From an uncultured delta proteobacterium (GTDB lineage: Bacteria; Desulfobacterota; Syntrophia; Syntrophales; Smithellaceae), in NCBI GenBank assembly GCA_963753975.1, contig CAVWEH010000005.1, forward strand, positions 160,001 to 224,000: a stretch of DNA of 64,000 nucleotides. Reading direction: 5' to 3'. Shown one piece after another: positions 19,923 through 29,650 of the stretch; position 1 is the first letter of the stretch; each line of letters starts with the position of its first letter. Under the pieces are notes generated by a model. It did not search any database. It had not been told where the DNA came from and worked only from the letters and a program-made list of their open reading frames with translations. The translations under genes and the position numbers were made by a program.

Positions 19923-20092
19923 GATTAATTAAAATACAGTTATTTTTTTCACTAGCCCTTGACAAAAATCTTTTTATATAGATAGGAACAGTGCCCTATT
20001 TGTCGCCAAAAATTGAGCATGACATTCGCCATCAATAGCGGTATAAATAGTATTATGGTGTAGTTAACTTGGTAAGCGCGTGGAGATGATCT

Positions 20093-20323
20093 ATGGATAT
20101 AGTGAATGTTATAACCAAAGGAACGATTAAAGGAAAATTCATGGGGTTTAAAAGCTACACTACCTTTGAGTTCACTGACGGTCAGAAATGGCGACAAAAT
20201 GATGCTAAATTTTTGCATCATTATGCGTTTAATCCGGAAGCGCAAATTACTCAAAAAGAAGGGAAATACTATTTAGAAGTTCAAGATGTATCGGAAACAG
20301 TGGAAGTCAGAAGAATAAAATAA
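20093..20323 (+). CDS. Small hypothetical protein
   Basis: GGAG RBS, 76 aa, beta-rich (FEFTDGQKWRQ). Confidence 0.65.
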   Translation: MDIVNVITKGTIKGKFMGFKSYTTFEFTDGQKWRQNDAKFLHHYAFNPEAQITQKEGKYYLEVQDVSETVEVRRIK

Positions 20324-20347
20324 AAATTTTCAAGAGGGTATCAAATT

Positions 20348-20719
20348 ATGCAATTCTCTTTCGCCCACAATAACTTCAATGTATTGAATTTGGAAAAGAG
20401 CCTGGCCTTTTACAAGCAAGCATTGCAACTGTCCGAAGTACGCAGGCATGAAGCGCCGGATAAGAGTTTCATCCTTGTTTTTCTTTCCGACGGCCAGATG
20501 CCCCACCAGTTGGAGCTGACCTGGCTCAAAGACAGAGAAGAGCCTTACAATCTCGGCGACAATGAATTTCATCTGGCCTTCAAGGTGGACGATTTCACGG
20601 CCGCCCATGCCCTGCATGAAAAAATGGGCTGTATTTGTTTTGAAAACAAGGCCATGGGTATTTACTTCATCAACGACCCGGATGATTATTGGCTGGAGAT
20701 AATTCCCCAAAAGAGATAA
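20348..20719 (+). CDS. Lactoylglutathione lyase-like VOC protein
   Basis: HNNFNVLNLEKSLAFY, LELTW, HLAFKVDD, YFINDPDDYWLEI. Confidence 0.88.
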   Translation: MQFSFAHNNFNVLNLEKSLAFYKQALQLSEVRRHEAPDKSFILVFLSDGQMPHQLELTWLKDREEPYNLGDNEFHLAFKVDDFTAAHALHEKMGCICFENKAMGIYFINDPDDYWLEIIPQKR

Positions 20720-20782
20720 AATCATTCATTGTGTTGCGCGATAAAGTATTTTCTCTAACCTGCCTAAAATAAGGAGGCCGTT

Positions 20783-21511
20783 ATGTTAATAATCAGAACA
20801 AAATCATTATATGTGTTTATTCTCTGTTTGTTAATTGCCGGGTGTGCTACCGCGCCTATTGATCCGGCAAAAGAATGGGAAAAAGCTAGCAATGCCAATA
20901 CATTTGAAAGTTATGCCAACTTCCTTCAAGATACTGCGCCTAATAACTTCACACCGGAGGCAAAACTTAAGCTCAAAGCCATTATCCGGGAAATTGCATT
21001 AAAGAGCGTAGGCAACAATCGCGTTGCCTTAAAAAAAGGGACAGAGTTTAGCTTCAATTTGTTTTCCCCCGATGATGTCTTAAAATCATTTGTTCAGAAA
21101 AATCTGCCTGTAAGCTATAGTATTGTTTATAAATCCGGCCAGGACCCGGCCGTTAAACATTCTGAAGGCTTTCAGGAATTAAAAAATTACGATGAATTAA
21201 AACCTTTTCAGTCCCGCTTGATTCAAAGTCAAAAAGACACTTCACAATCAAGAGTTATCATCACTGCCTGGATGATTCCGCTGGCCGTTTCCGGCATAAG
21301 CACCACCGGTCCCAATACCATGTTTACTTTTTACCGCGATCCCGGTGAAATCAATAATCGCGCTTTCGGGCTCTCCATAAAAAGCGAATTAGTCCATGGT
21401 ATCGTAGAAAGAGAGCAACCAAATATCGTAGGTACGGGAATTGTAATTATAAAATCATACGACTTTGTCTGGGTATATGATTTTAGCCAGGATGGGAAAT
21501 CACTTTTTTAA
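20783..21511 (+). CDS. Hypothetical lipoprotein
   Basis: AGGAGG RBS, lipobox LIAGC. Confidence 0.75.
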   Translation: MLIIRTKSLYVFILCLLIAGCATAPIDPAKEWEKASNANTFESYANFLQDTAPNNFTPEAKLKLKAIIREIALKSVGNNRVALKKGTEFSFNLFSPDDVLKSFVQKNLPVSYSIVYKSGQDPAVKHSEGFQELKNYDELKPFQSRLIQSQKDTSQSRVIITAWMIPLAVSGISTTGPNTMFTFYRDPGEINNRAFGLSIKSELVHGIVEREQPNIVGTGIVIIKSYDFVWVYDFSQDGKSLF

Positions 21512-21598
21512 TTAACGCGTTTTATGTAAATTAATTTAACTTAAACTTTTTTCTGGCTCTTAAAATAAAGATTAGATTAACTTTTTTAAAATTTTTCC

Positions 21599-21856
21599 TT
21601 GACAAACATTTTTAGTTTGTTTATATGAATCCTAAGTGAAGGACAGGTTTATTTTGATGGACAGAAAACTAAATGCAAACAGCAATATTTATGGTTACTG
21701 GTTTTATACCTATTTTGCATTGGTCTGCCCGTCGCTGAGGAGGACTTGTTAAGGTAATATAAACCGAAAACAGCCATGGGTGGATCAAAAAAGAGCCGCC
21801 CATGGCTTTTCTGTTTTTAAAGGCTATGGCGGCAAAAACGCCATGGCCTTTTTTAG
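21599..21856 (+). promoter_or_regulatory. aro operon promoter and transcription attenuator (antiterminator plus two terminator hairpins)
   Basis: TTGACA at 21599; 21721-21737 pairs with 21771-21787; terminator 21772-21807 plus T-rich tail; second hairpin ~21820-21850 plus T tract. Confidence 0.82.
21657..21752 (+). CDS. Attenuator leader peptide MDRKLNANSNIYGYWFYTYFALVCPSLRRTC
   Basis: 31 codons, 7 aromatic residues in a 9-residue window, GAAGGA upstream, directly 5' of the aro operon. Confidence 0.85.
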   Translation: MDRKLNANSNIYGYWFYTYFALVCPSLRRTC

Positions 21857-21858
21857 TT

Positions 21859-21954
21859 TAATGATACTCCGATTTCAAAAATGCAGTGAATTGAAATCGG
21901 CAAGTAGAATTATCCCGCCGCAAGCGGAGGGTATCGTAAGATACCCGTGGTTAA
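21859..21954 (+). repeat. Family A unit plus module in the aroF 5' UTR
   Basis: TAAT GA TACT CCGATTTCAA-12-TTGAAATCGG CA AGTA GA ATTA. Confidence 0.8.
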
Positions 21955-21970
21955 AAGGAGGAAAGAAATC

Positions 21971-22981
21971 ATGATTGTGGTAATGAAAAGTCAGGCTACA
22001 GAAAAGCAAATAGATGATGTAATTCGCTGGATTGAATCGGTCGGATATAAAGCCCATCCATCGCACGGGGTCGAACGGACAATCATCGGAGCTGTAGGCG
22101 ATAACCGCGACAAGGCAATCCTAAAATACGCGGAATCTTTACCGGGGGTGGAAAAAACTATGCCTATTTTAAAACCATACAAGCTGGCCAGCCGTGAATC
22201 GCACGAAGGCAATACCGTGGTTTCCGTAGGCAAAATTCAAATCGGCGGACCGGATTTCGTAGTGATGGCCGGACCTTGCTCGATTGAAAGCGAAGAGCAA
22301 TTACTGGAGTCCGCCTATATCGCCAAAAAGGGAGGCGCGCAAATTCTTAGGGGCGGTGCCTACAAACCGCGCACTTCGCCTTACAGCTTTCAGGGAATGG
22401 AAGAAGAGGGCTTGAAAATTTTAGATCAGGTTCGCCTGCGGGCAAGCATACCGACAGTTACGGAAGTGGTTAATCCTGCCGATGTCGATCTTGTCGAATC
22501 TTATGCCGATATGCTCCAGATAGGAGCACGCAATATCCAGAATTTTGCTTTGCTTAAGGAAGTTGGCCGTTCGAAAAAACCGGTGCTTCTAAAAAGAGGC
22601 ATGATGACCACTATTGAAGAGCTGCTCATGTCGGCAGAATATATTCTTTCCGCAGGCAACTCTCAGGTTATTCTATGCGAACGCGGAATCAGGACATTTG
22701 AAACGGCTACAAGAAACACTTTGGATATAAGCGCCGTCCCGGTACTGAAAGGGTTAACGCATCTGCCGGTTATCGTTGATCCCAGCCATGCCGCCGGTCA
22801 TTGGAAATATGTAATTCCCCTTTCCCGCGCCGCGGTTGCCGTCGGCGCCGATGGCCTTATTGTGGAAGTTCATCCGGAACCGGAAAAGGCGGTATCCGAC
22901 GGAGCGCAGTCTCTGAAACCGGAAAAGTTCTACCAATTGATGGATGAATTAAGGGCAATTAACGCGGCAATGAGACACTAA
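21971..22981 (+). CDS. aroF: DAHP synthase type I-beta with N-terminal regulatory domain
   Basis: AGPCSIES, RGGAYKPRTSPYSFQG, IGARNIQN, DPSHAAG. Confidence 0.95.
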   Translation: MIVVMKSQATEKQIDDVIRWIESVGYKAHPSHGVERTIIGAVGDNRDKAILKYAESLPGVEKTMPILKPYKLASRESHEGNTVVSVGKIQIGGPDFVVMAGPCSIESEEQLLESAYIAKKGGAQILRGGAYKPRTSPYSFQGMEEEGLKILDQVRLRASIPTVTEVVNPADVDLVESYADMLQIGARNIQNFALLKEVGRSKKPVLLKRGMMTTIEELLMSAEYILSAGNSQVILCERGIRTFETATRNTLDISAVPVLKGLTHLPVIVDPSHAAGHWKYVIPLSRAAVAVGADGLIVEVHPEPEKAVSDGAQSLKPEKFYQLMDELRAINAAMRH

Positions 22982-22996
22982 AAACGGAGCAAGTAT

Positions 22997-24091
22997 ATGC
23001 GATCAATGAAAGTCAATCTCGATAAAAAGTCTTTGTCCTCCTATGAAATACGCATAGGTAACGGCATTGCCGATAGGATGGCTCTGCTTATTGCTAAGAA
23101 CCACAAAGCGGGACTTTATGTGCTGATAACGGATGATTGTGTCGGTAAAATCCACGGACGAAAGCTTTTCGCCAGCTTAAAAGACGTAGGACTGAATGCG
23201 GATTCGATCGACTTTCCCGCGGGCGAGGCTTCCAAAAACATTAATACTATTTTGGATATTGTGGAGGCGTTGTTGAAACGGGGAGCCGACAGGGAAACTC
23301 TTTTAATTGCTCTAGGCGGCGGAGTTGTGGGCGACATGGTCGGTTTCGTCGCTTCCATTTTTATGCGTTCCATTCCTTATATTCAGATTCCGACAACTCT
23401 CGTAGCGCAGGTGGACAGCAGTATCGGCGGAAAAACCGCTATCGATCTGCCTTATGGTAAAAATCTACTGGGGACGTTTTACCAGCCCTGCGCTGTATTT
23501 ACGGATTTAAATTTTTTGGATACACTGCCGGAAAAAGAATTCAACAACGGGCTTGCGGAAATTATCAAATACGGTGCCATCGAAGATGAAAAAATGTTTC
23601 ATGCCCTGGAGGACAATATGGAAGCGGTAAAACAAAAAGACGCGACGCTTTTGTTAAAGCTTGTGGAAAATTGTTGCCGCATCAAAAAATCAATTGTCGA
23701 GATAGACGAAAAAGAGCAAGGCCTGCGGCGCATTCTTAATTTCGGCCATACACTGGGGCATGCGTTGGAAGCCCTTTCCAAATATAAAGTAACGCATGGC
23801 GAGGGAATTGCTCTGGGGATGATCGCGGCAGCGCGCATTTCCGAAAAAATGGGCTATCTGGAAAACGGGGAAACCAAGCGCATCGAAGGACTTATAAACG
23901 GTGTGGGCCTGCCCGTAAACATTTCTAAATCCGTTTCTCCAGAAAATATAATTTCTCAGTTGCGTATGGATAAGAAAAAAAAGGGAGATATCGTTCATTT
24001 TGTTTTGTTAAAGAAAATAGGAATGCCGTTTGTCAACGGAGCTATAGAGGCAAGTTTGATCAGCGAAGTAATTGAGGAGATGAAAAAATGA
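22997..24091 (+). CDS. aroB: 3-dehydroquinate synthase
   Basis: ALGGGVVGD, PTTLVAQVDSSIGGKT, LNFGHTLGHALE. Confidence 0.96.
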   Translation: MRSMKVNLDKKSLSSYEIRIGNGIADRMALLIAKNHKAGLYVLITDDCVGKIHGRKLFASLKDVGLNADSIDFPAGEASKNINTILDIVEALLKRGADRETLLIALGGGVVGDMVGFVASIFMRSIPYIQIPTTLVAQVDSSIGGKTAIDLPYGKNLLGTFYQPCAVFTDLNFLDTLPEKEFNNGLAEIIKYGAIEDEKMFHALEDNMEAVKQKDATLLLKLVENCCRIKKSIVEIDEKEQGLRRILNFGHTLGHALEALSKYKVTHGEGIALGMIAAARISEKMGYLENGETKRIEGLINGVGLPVNISKSVSPENIISQLRMDKKKKGDIVHFVLLKKIGMPFVNGAIEASLISEVIEEMKK

Positions 24092-25170
24092 AGCTGGGGC
24101 GCTTGGAAAATTTACGAAAAAACATAAAAGAAAAAGACCGGGAGATTATTCGTTTGTTAAATGAACGGGCGCAAATATCCGTCCAGATAGGTAGCGTTAA
24201 AGACGAAGGCGGCCTCGATGTATATGATCCTGCTCAGGAAGCAAGAGTTCACGACTATCTGCAGGAGCTTAATTCCGGCCCTCTGCCGCGGGATGCCGTA
24301 ACGGCCATTTTCCGCGAAATTATTTCCGCTTCGCGCAGTTTGCAAAAACCGACGGCCATTGCTTTTTTTGGTGCGGAAGCATCTTTTACGCATTTAGCGG
24401 CACGTTTGCACTTTGGTAATTCCAGCCGTTATTTTCCTCAGCCGAGGATTGATCGTGTATTTGATGAAGTGGAAAAAGGTTCCATAGATTGGGGAGTTGT
24501 TCCCGTAGAAAATTCCCTGGAAGGATCGGTAAACATTACTCTTGACCGGTTGATTACGACTGCGCTCAATATCAGGGCCGAGATTTTTTTGCGAATCAGC
24601 CAGTGCCTTATTTCTTCGGCTAAAAGTATAACGGATATTAAGAAAATTTACTCGCATCCGCACGCCTTACCCCAGTGCCAGGTCTGGCTCAGAACAAATC
24701 TGCCTAACTGCATATTGGGCGAAGCGGAAAGCACAGCCGCGGCGGCACAGATGGTGCGGGGGAAAAAGAACGAAGCGGCGATTGGCAGTTCCCTTGCCGC
24801 TCAGATCTACGGCTTGAATTTGCTGGCCGAAGGCATCGAAGATAACTCCTCCAATATGACGCGCTTTTTGGTTATAGGCAGAGGAGAAAGCGACACAACG
24901 GGTGATGACAAAACTTCATTGATTTTCGCGACACCTCATTCGCCCGGTTCGCTTCACCGCGCTTTGTCTTCCTTCGCCCACCGCCGGATTAATTTGACCA
25001 AAATAGAATCGCATCCGGTAAAAGAGAAATTGTGGGAATACCTTTTTTTTGTAGATATGCTTGGCCACGTAAAAGACAAGCAGATAAAGAGCTGTTTACA
25101 GGAGCTGAAAGAAAAAACAACTTTTCTGAAGATACTGGGTTCCTACCCGAAAGCGGAAGGCAGAATATGA
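24088..25170 (+). CDS. pheA: Chorismate mutase/prephenate dehydratase
   Basis: N-terminal CM domain, VPVENSLEGSV, TRFLVIG, ACT domain NLTKIESHP. Confidence 0.95.
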   Translation: MKLGRLENLRKNIKEKDREIIRLLNERAQISVQIGSVKDEGGLDVYDPAQEARVHDYLQELNSGPLPRDAVTAIFREIISASRSLQKPTAIAFFGAEASFTHLAARLHFGNSSRYFPQPRIDRVFDEVEKGSIDWGVVPVENSLEGSVNITLDRLITTALNIRAEIFLRISQCLISSAKSITDIKKIYSHPHALPQCQVWLRTNLPNCILGEAESTAAAAQMVRGKKNEAAIGSSLAAQIYGLNLLAEGIEDNSSNMTRFLVIGRGESDTTGDDKTSLIFATPHSPGSLHRALSSFAHRRINLTKIESHPVKEKLWEYLFFVDMLGHVKDKQIKSCLQELKEKTTFLKILGSYPKAEGRI

Positions 25171-26723
25171 TTTGTATCCCCATTACGGCCGGCACGAACA
25201 AAGAAGCGCTCAAGGACATCGAAAAGAGTTGTCTTGTCGCTGATTTCATCGAGCTGAGAATGGATTTAATCGAAGGCGGAGTTTTACCGGAATTGATTTC
25301 CGCCGCCCGCAGCAGTTCGGCTTCGGTTAAAATAATCGTTACCTGCAGAAAAAAGGAGGAGGCCGCCCTTGCCGAAAAAGCAGTGGTTATCAAAAATACA
25401 AAAAACCAAAAGATAGCTTTGCTTAAAGAAGCAATCAAGCTGGGCGCGGATTTTATCGATATCGAGTTCGCGGAAGGAAACGCAGCGATCAGAGAGCTTA
25501 CAACTTTTTGCACAAAACAAGGAGGCCGCAGCAAAATCATTGTTTCCTATCACAATGTTAAGGAGACCCCCCAGCTTACAAAGCTAAAAGAAGTATTTAA
25601 TAAGTGCGCAAAGACTAAACCGGCAATCGTAAAAATCGTTACCTTGGCCAAAACACCTGAAGATAATTTGAGGGTTCTCGGTTTGATCCCTTATGCGCGG
25701 AAACGTTCTCAGGAAATCATTGCCCTGTGCATGGGAGCTCATGGCCGCCTCAGCCGTGCCGTAGCGCCTATCATGGGCAATTATTTGAGCTTTGCCGCGC
25801 TGGATCAGAAAAGTCAATCCGCGCCGGGGCAGTTCACAGTTGGGGACATGAAACAAATACTTAAATTGCTCAAAGACGCAAATGATTGGCAACCGGCAAA
25901 GGTTCTTTCCGTGGATAAGCCGCAAAATTATATTCTATTGGGCAATCCGGTTGCACAGAGCCTTTCTCCCCTGATGCACAACGCGGCTTTGCGCGAAATG
26001 AAGGCAGAGGGAAACTACAGCGCGTTTTGTGTGCGAAATTTGGATCGTGCGTTGCAAGGCATGAGGGACATGAATATCCGGGGCGCCAGTATAACCATAC
26101 CCTTTAAGGTCGAAGTTATGGAATATCTGGATGATTTTGATGAACACTCGCTGAAAATAGGCGCCGTAAATACGATCATCAACGAAAACGGCCGCCTGAA
26201 AGGATGCAATACCGATTGGCTTGGCCTGATTCTCACACTCCAAGAAGCAATGACGATAAGGGATAAAACTTTCGTCATCATCGGCGCGGGCGGAACGGCG
26301 CGGGCAGCGGTCTATGGAATTCTCACGGAAGGCGGATTCCCGATTATCACAAACAGAACGCCGGAAAAAGGAAAGATTCTTTCCGGGAAATTCGACTGCC
26401 CGTTTCATCCGCTTTCCGCAATAGGCAAGATCACCGCCGACTGCCTCATTAACACAACGCCCGTGGGCATGTATCCGCAAGAGAATAAATCGCCTGTCGA
26501 GTCTTCCGTGCTCGCCGGATATAAATATGTTATGGATGTTATCTACAACCCGCTCACGACAAAATTACTGGCAGATGCCGAAAAACAGGGTTGCCATATT
26601 TTTTCCGGATTGGATATGTTTGTGCATCAAGGAGCTGAGCAGCTCCGGCTCTGGACGGGAAAAGAACCGCCCCTGGTGCTGATGAAGAAAGTGGTATGGG
26701 AAAGGTTGACCGAAATTGAATAA
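25167..26723 (+). CDS. aroE: Fused type I 3-dehydroquinate dehydratase / shikimate dehydrogenase (AroD-AroE)
   Basis: IELRMD, IVSYHN, APGQF then SLSPLMHN, TIPFK, GAVNT, NTDWLG, GAGGTARA. Confidence 0.93.
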   Translation: MICIPITAGTNKEALKDIEKSCLVADFIELRMDLIEGGVLPELISAARSSSASVKIIVTCRKKEEAALAEKAVVIKNTKNQKIALLKEAIKLGADFIDIEFAEGNAAIRELTTFCTKQGGRSKIIVSYHNVKETPQLTKLKEVFNKCAKTKPAIVKIVTLAKTPEDNLRVLGLIPYARKRSQEIIALCMGAHGRLSRAVAPIMGNYLSFAALDQKSQSAPGQFTVGDMKQILKLLKDANDWQPAKVLSVDKPQNYILLGNPVAQSLSPLMHNAALREMKAEGNYSAFCVRNLDRALQGMRDMNIRGASITIPFKVEVMEYLDDFDEHSLKIGAVNTIINENGRLKGCNTDWLGLILTLQEAMTIRDKTFVIIGAGGTARAAVYGILTEGGFPIITNRTPEKGKILSGKFDCPFHPLSAIGKITADCLINTTPVGMYPQENKSPVESSVLAGYKYVMDVIYNPLTTKLLADAEKQGCHIFSGLDMFVHQGAEQLRLWTGKEPPLVLMKKVVWERLTEIE

Positions 26724-27975
26724 TGATGACCCGCATTTTAAGGAATTATCCGCAGTTGTCCGTGTTCCCGGTTCCAAGAGCCTGACCCAGAGGGCACTCG
26801 TGGCTGCCGCTCTGGCGAGGGGTAATTCTTTTATCGGTAATGCGCTTGTTTCCGAAGACACGTTGCATTTGATAGACGGTTTACGGGTTCTTGGCGCGAA
26901 TATTTTATCCGCTTTCGGCGGCTTTTTCGTTTCCGGAACAGCGGGTAAAATTGTCAACAGCGGCAAAGAAATCTTTTTGGGAAATAACGGCACAGCTCTG
27001 CGTTTTCTCACGGCGCTAGCCTGCCTGGGCCAGGGCAAATATGTTTTAACCGGCGAGAAGCGACTCTGCGAAAGACCGGTGGGGGCGCTCGCCTGCGCAT
27101 TGCAAAAAATGGGCGTTGATATTTCCTGCCAAAATAACTGCCCGCCTGTTGAGATCAACGCCAACGGCCTTCCTGGAGGAAAAATCATATTGCAAAATAT
27201 AGAAAGCTCCCAGTATGTTTCAGCCTTGCTTCTTTGCGCGCCTTATACGAAAAAAGGCCTGGATTTGAATTTGCAAGGGGATATTGTTTCCGCGCCTTAT
27301 ATTGATTTGACAATTTCCGTGATGAATGATTTTGGTGCTAAAATCAACAAAACGTCGAAACATGAATACTACGTTGATGCCGGCAAGATTTATCGGGGCT
27401 GTGAATATTATGTGGAAGGAGATGCTTCCAGTGCTTCCTATTTTTTTCTGGCAGCAGCGCTTTTAAAAAAACCGATTAGAGTCAGCGGAATCAGCAGGAA
27501 AAGTAAACAGGGAGATATAAGATTGCTCAATATTCTGGAAGAACTGGGCTGTAAAGTGAGATCAAGTGATGACTGGGTAGAAGTCGCAGGCGCTGATCTG
27601 GCTTGCGGTAATTTCACCTTCGACTTGAACGATATGCCGGATATGGTACCTACTTTGGCTCTGCTTTCGGCTTTTCGCCGAGGACAAACGGTTATCAGTA
27701 ATGTACCTCATTTAAGGATAAAAGAGAGTAACCGGCTGGCAGCGCTGGTTTCTGAACTAAACCGCATCGGTATTGAAGCCCGGGAAACACCGGACGGCCT
27801 TGTCATTCAAGGTGGAGTTCCTCTGCCGGCTAAAATTGAAACTTACAATGATCATCGCATGGCCATGAGCTTTGCCGTTGCCGGCCTAGTTGTTAACGGT
27901 ATAGAAATCGGCGACAAAAAATGTGTAGACAAATCATTCCCTCAATTTTGGCAGGAATTAAAGAAGATAATATGA
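26716..27975 (+). CDS. aroA: EPSP synthase
   Basis: PGSKSLTQR, GNNGTALRF, SSQYVSALL, RIKESNR, DHRMAMSF. Confidence 0.96.
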   Translation: MNNDDPHFKELSAVVRVPGSKSLTQRALVAAALARGNSFIGNALVSEDTLHLIDGLRVLGANILSAFGGFFVSGTAGKIVNSGKEIFLGNNGTALRFLTALACLGQGKYVLTGEKRLCERPVGALACALQKMGVDISCQNNCPPVEINANGLPGGKIILQNIESSQYVSALLLCAPYTKKGLDLNLQGDIVSAPYIDLTISVMNDFGAKINKTSKHEYYVDAGKIYRGCEYYVEGDASSASYFFLAAALLKKPIRVSGISRKSKQGDIRLLNILEELGCKVRSSDDWVEVAGADLACGNFTFDLNDMPDMVPTLALLSAFRRGQTVISNVPHLRIKESNRLAALVSELNRIGIEARETPDGLVIQGGVPLPAKIETYNDHRMAMSFAVAGLVVNGIEIGDKKCVDKSFPQFWQELKKII

Positions 27976-28523
27976 AGGTTATTCTTATTGGCTACCGCGC
28001 GACAGGCAAATCAACGGTAGGAATACTGCTCTCCGCTAAACTGAAAATTCCTTTCGCGGATACCGATATGCTGGTGGAAAAAAACATGGAAATGCCCATC
28101 AAAGAAATTGTGGCGCTTCACGGCTGGGATTTTTTCCGTGCTAAAGAAAAGGAGGCGATCCTGTCACTAACACAGGAAGGAGCAGGCGTGATCGCCACAG
28201 GCGGCGGTGTAGTCTTGGATAAAGAAAATGTTGATTTGCTCTCGCAGGCAGGTGTAATCATTTGGCTTAACACACCCTTACATGATATAATCAGCCGACT
28301 TAACAATAATACACCGGACGCGGCATTGAGGCCGCAGTTTACAGATTGGAATATAGTTCAGGAAACGACATATTTGATGAAGCAGAGGTTCCCTTTATAT
28401 AAGAATGCCGCTGATCATACTGTGGAAACGATAAATAAAAGTCCCCGTGAGGTCACAGAAGAAATCTATCAATATTTAGTGGAATCTGCTAATTTAATTA
28501 AAATTATTAACAGTAAAAAATAA
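27972..28523 (+). CDS. aroK: Shikimate kinase
   Basis: IGYRATGKSTVG, FFRAKE, ATGGGVV. Confidence 0.93.
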   Translation: MKVILIGYRATGKSTVGILLSAKLKIPFADTDMLVEKNMEMPIKEIVALHGWDFFRAKEKEAILSLTQEGAGVIATGGGVVLDKENVDLLSQAGVIIWLNTPLHDIISRLNNNTPDAALRPQFTDWNIVQETTYLMKQRFPLYKNAADHTVETINKSPREVTEEIYQYLVESANLIKIINSKK

Positions 28524-28573
28524 ATCTTTTGTATTCATCAACGTAATTCAGAGAAGATATAACAGGAGTAATT

Positions 28574-29650
28574 ATGGCCGGTAATGCAATAGGTGGCATT
28601 TTTCGCGTTACAACATGGGGGGAATCGCACGGGAAAGCCTTAGGAGCGGTTGTGGACGGCTGTCCCGCCGGTCTTACCCTGGACAAAGCCGACATTCAGC
28701 AAGCCCTGGATAGGAGAAGACCGTCGATATCGGTTTCATCAACAGCCAGGAGGGAAAGCGACAAGGTCGAAATTCTCTCCGGTGTTTTTGAAGGTAAAAC
28801 CACAGGTACGCCTATATCGCTAATGATACTAAATTCTGATGCTGAAGCTTCTTCTTACGACGAATTAAAAGATATATTTCGCCCCGGACAAGGAGATTTT
28901 CCTTATCTGCAAAAATACGGCATTCGGGATTGGCGAGGCGGAGGGCGAGCCTCCGGCAGAGAAACCACTGCGCGCGTTGCCGCAGGCGCAATTGCCGAAA
29001 AAGTTATTGCTGGGGCGGGCATGGAAGTAATAGCTTACACACAGGCGATCGGTACAATCGAAATTGGCCGCGCTACAATGTCGTCCGGCAAAGCTTTGCT
29101 CCGCAGAGTGCGTGATAATGATCTTTTTTGCCCCGATTCGCTGGCTGCGGAAGCTATGAAAAAAAAGATAGCGGCAGCACGCAAAGAAGGTGATTCGCTG
29201 GGCGGCGTTGTGGAAATTATTGTGCGGGGCACGCCTCCCGGTCTGGGGGAACCCGTGTTTGATAAAATGGACGCGGATTTAGCCAAAGCTTTAATGAGCA
29301 TCGGCTCGGTGAAAGCGGTAGAAGTCGGCGACGGCATTGCTCTGGCCTCTCTCCCAGGATCCCAGGCTAATGATCAAATGGATAAGAAAGGATTCAAAAC
29401 AAATCACGCCGGAGGAATACTGGCAGGTATTACTACCGGCGCGGAAATTGTTCTGCGCGCTTATTGCAAGCCTGTTCCTTCTATCGCCAAACCACAGCAA
29501 ACTATAGACTCCAAGGGAAAAGAGCAAATAATTAAAATTCAGGGAAGGCACGATGCTTGCGTATTGCCGCGGATAGTGCCGGTTTGCGAAGCGATGGTGT
29601 GCATTGTTCTGGCGGATCATTTACTCCGGCAAAAGGCAATCAGCAAATGA
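28574..29650 (+). CDS. aroC: Chorismate synthase
   Basis: WGESHG, RDWRGGGRASGRET, GRHDACV. Confidence 0.96.
   Translation: MAGNAIGGIFRVTTWGESHGKALGAVVDGCPAGLTLDKADIQQALDRRRPSISVSSTARRESDKVEILSGVFEGKTTGTPISLMILNSDAEASSYDELKDIFRPGQGDFPYLQKYGIRDWRGGGRASGRETTARVAAGAIAEKVIAGAGMEVIAYTQAIGTIEIGRATMSSGKALLRRVRDNDLFCPDSLAAEAMKKKIAAARKEGDSLGGVVEIIVRGTPPGLGEPVFDKMDADLAKALMSIGSVKAVEVGDGIALASLPGSQANDQMDKKGFKTNHAGGILAGITTGAEIVLRAYCKPVPSIAKPQQTIDSKGKEQIIKIQGRHDACVLPRIVPVCEAMVCIVLADHLLRQKAISK

Noticed and set aside
20036..20063. dif-like site (TAGCGGTATAA ATAGTA TTATGGTGTAG)
   Set aside because: XerD arm matches poorly; more simply promoter sequence
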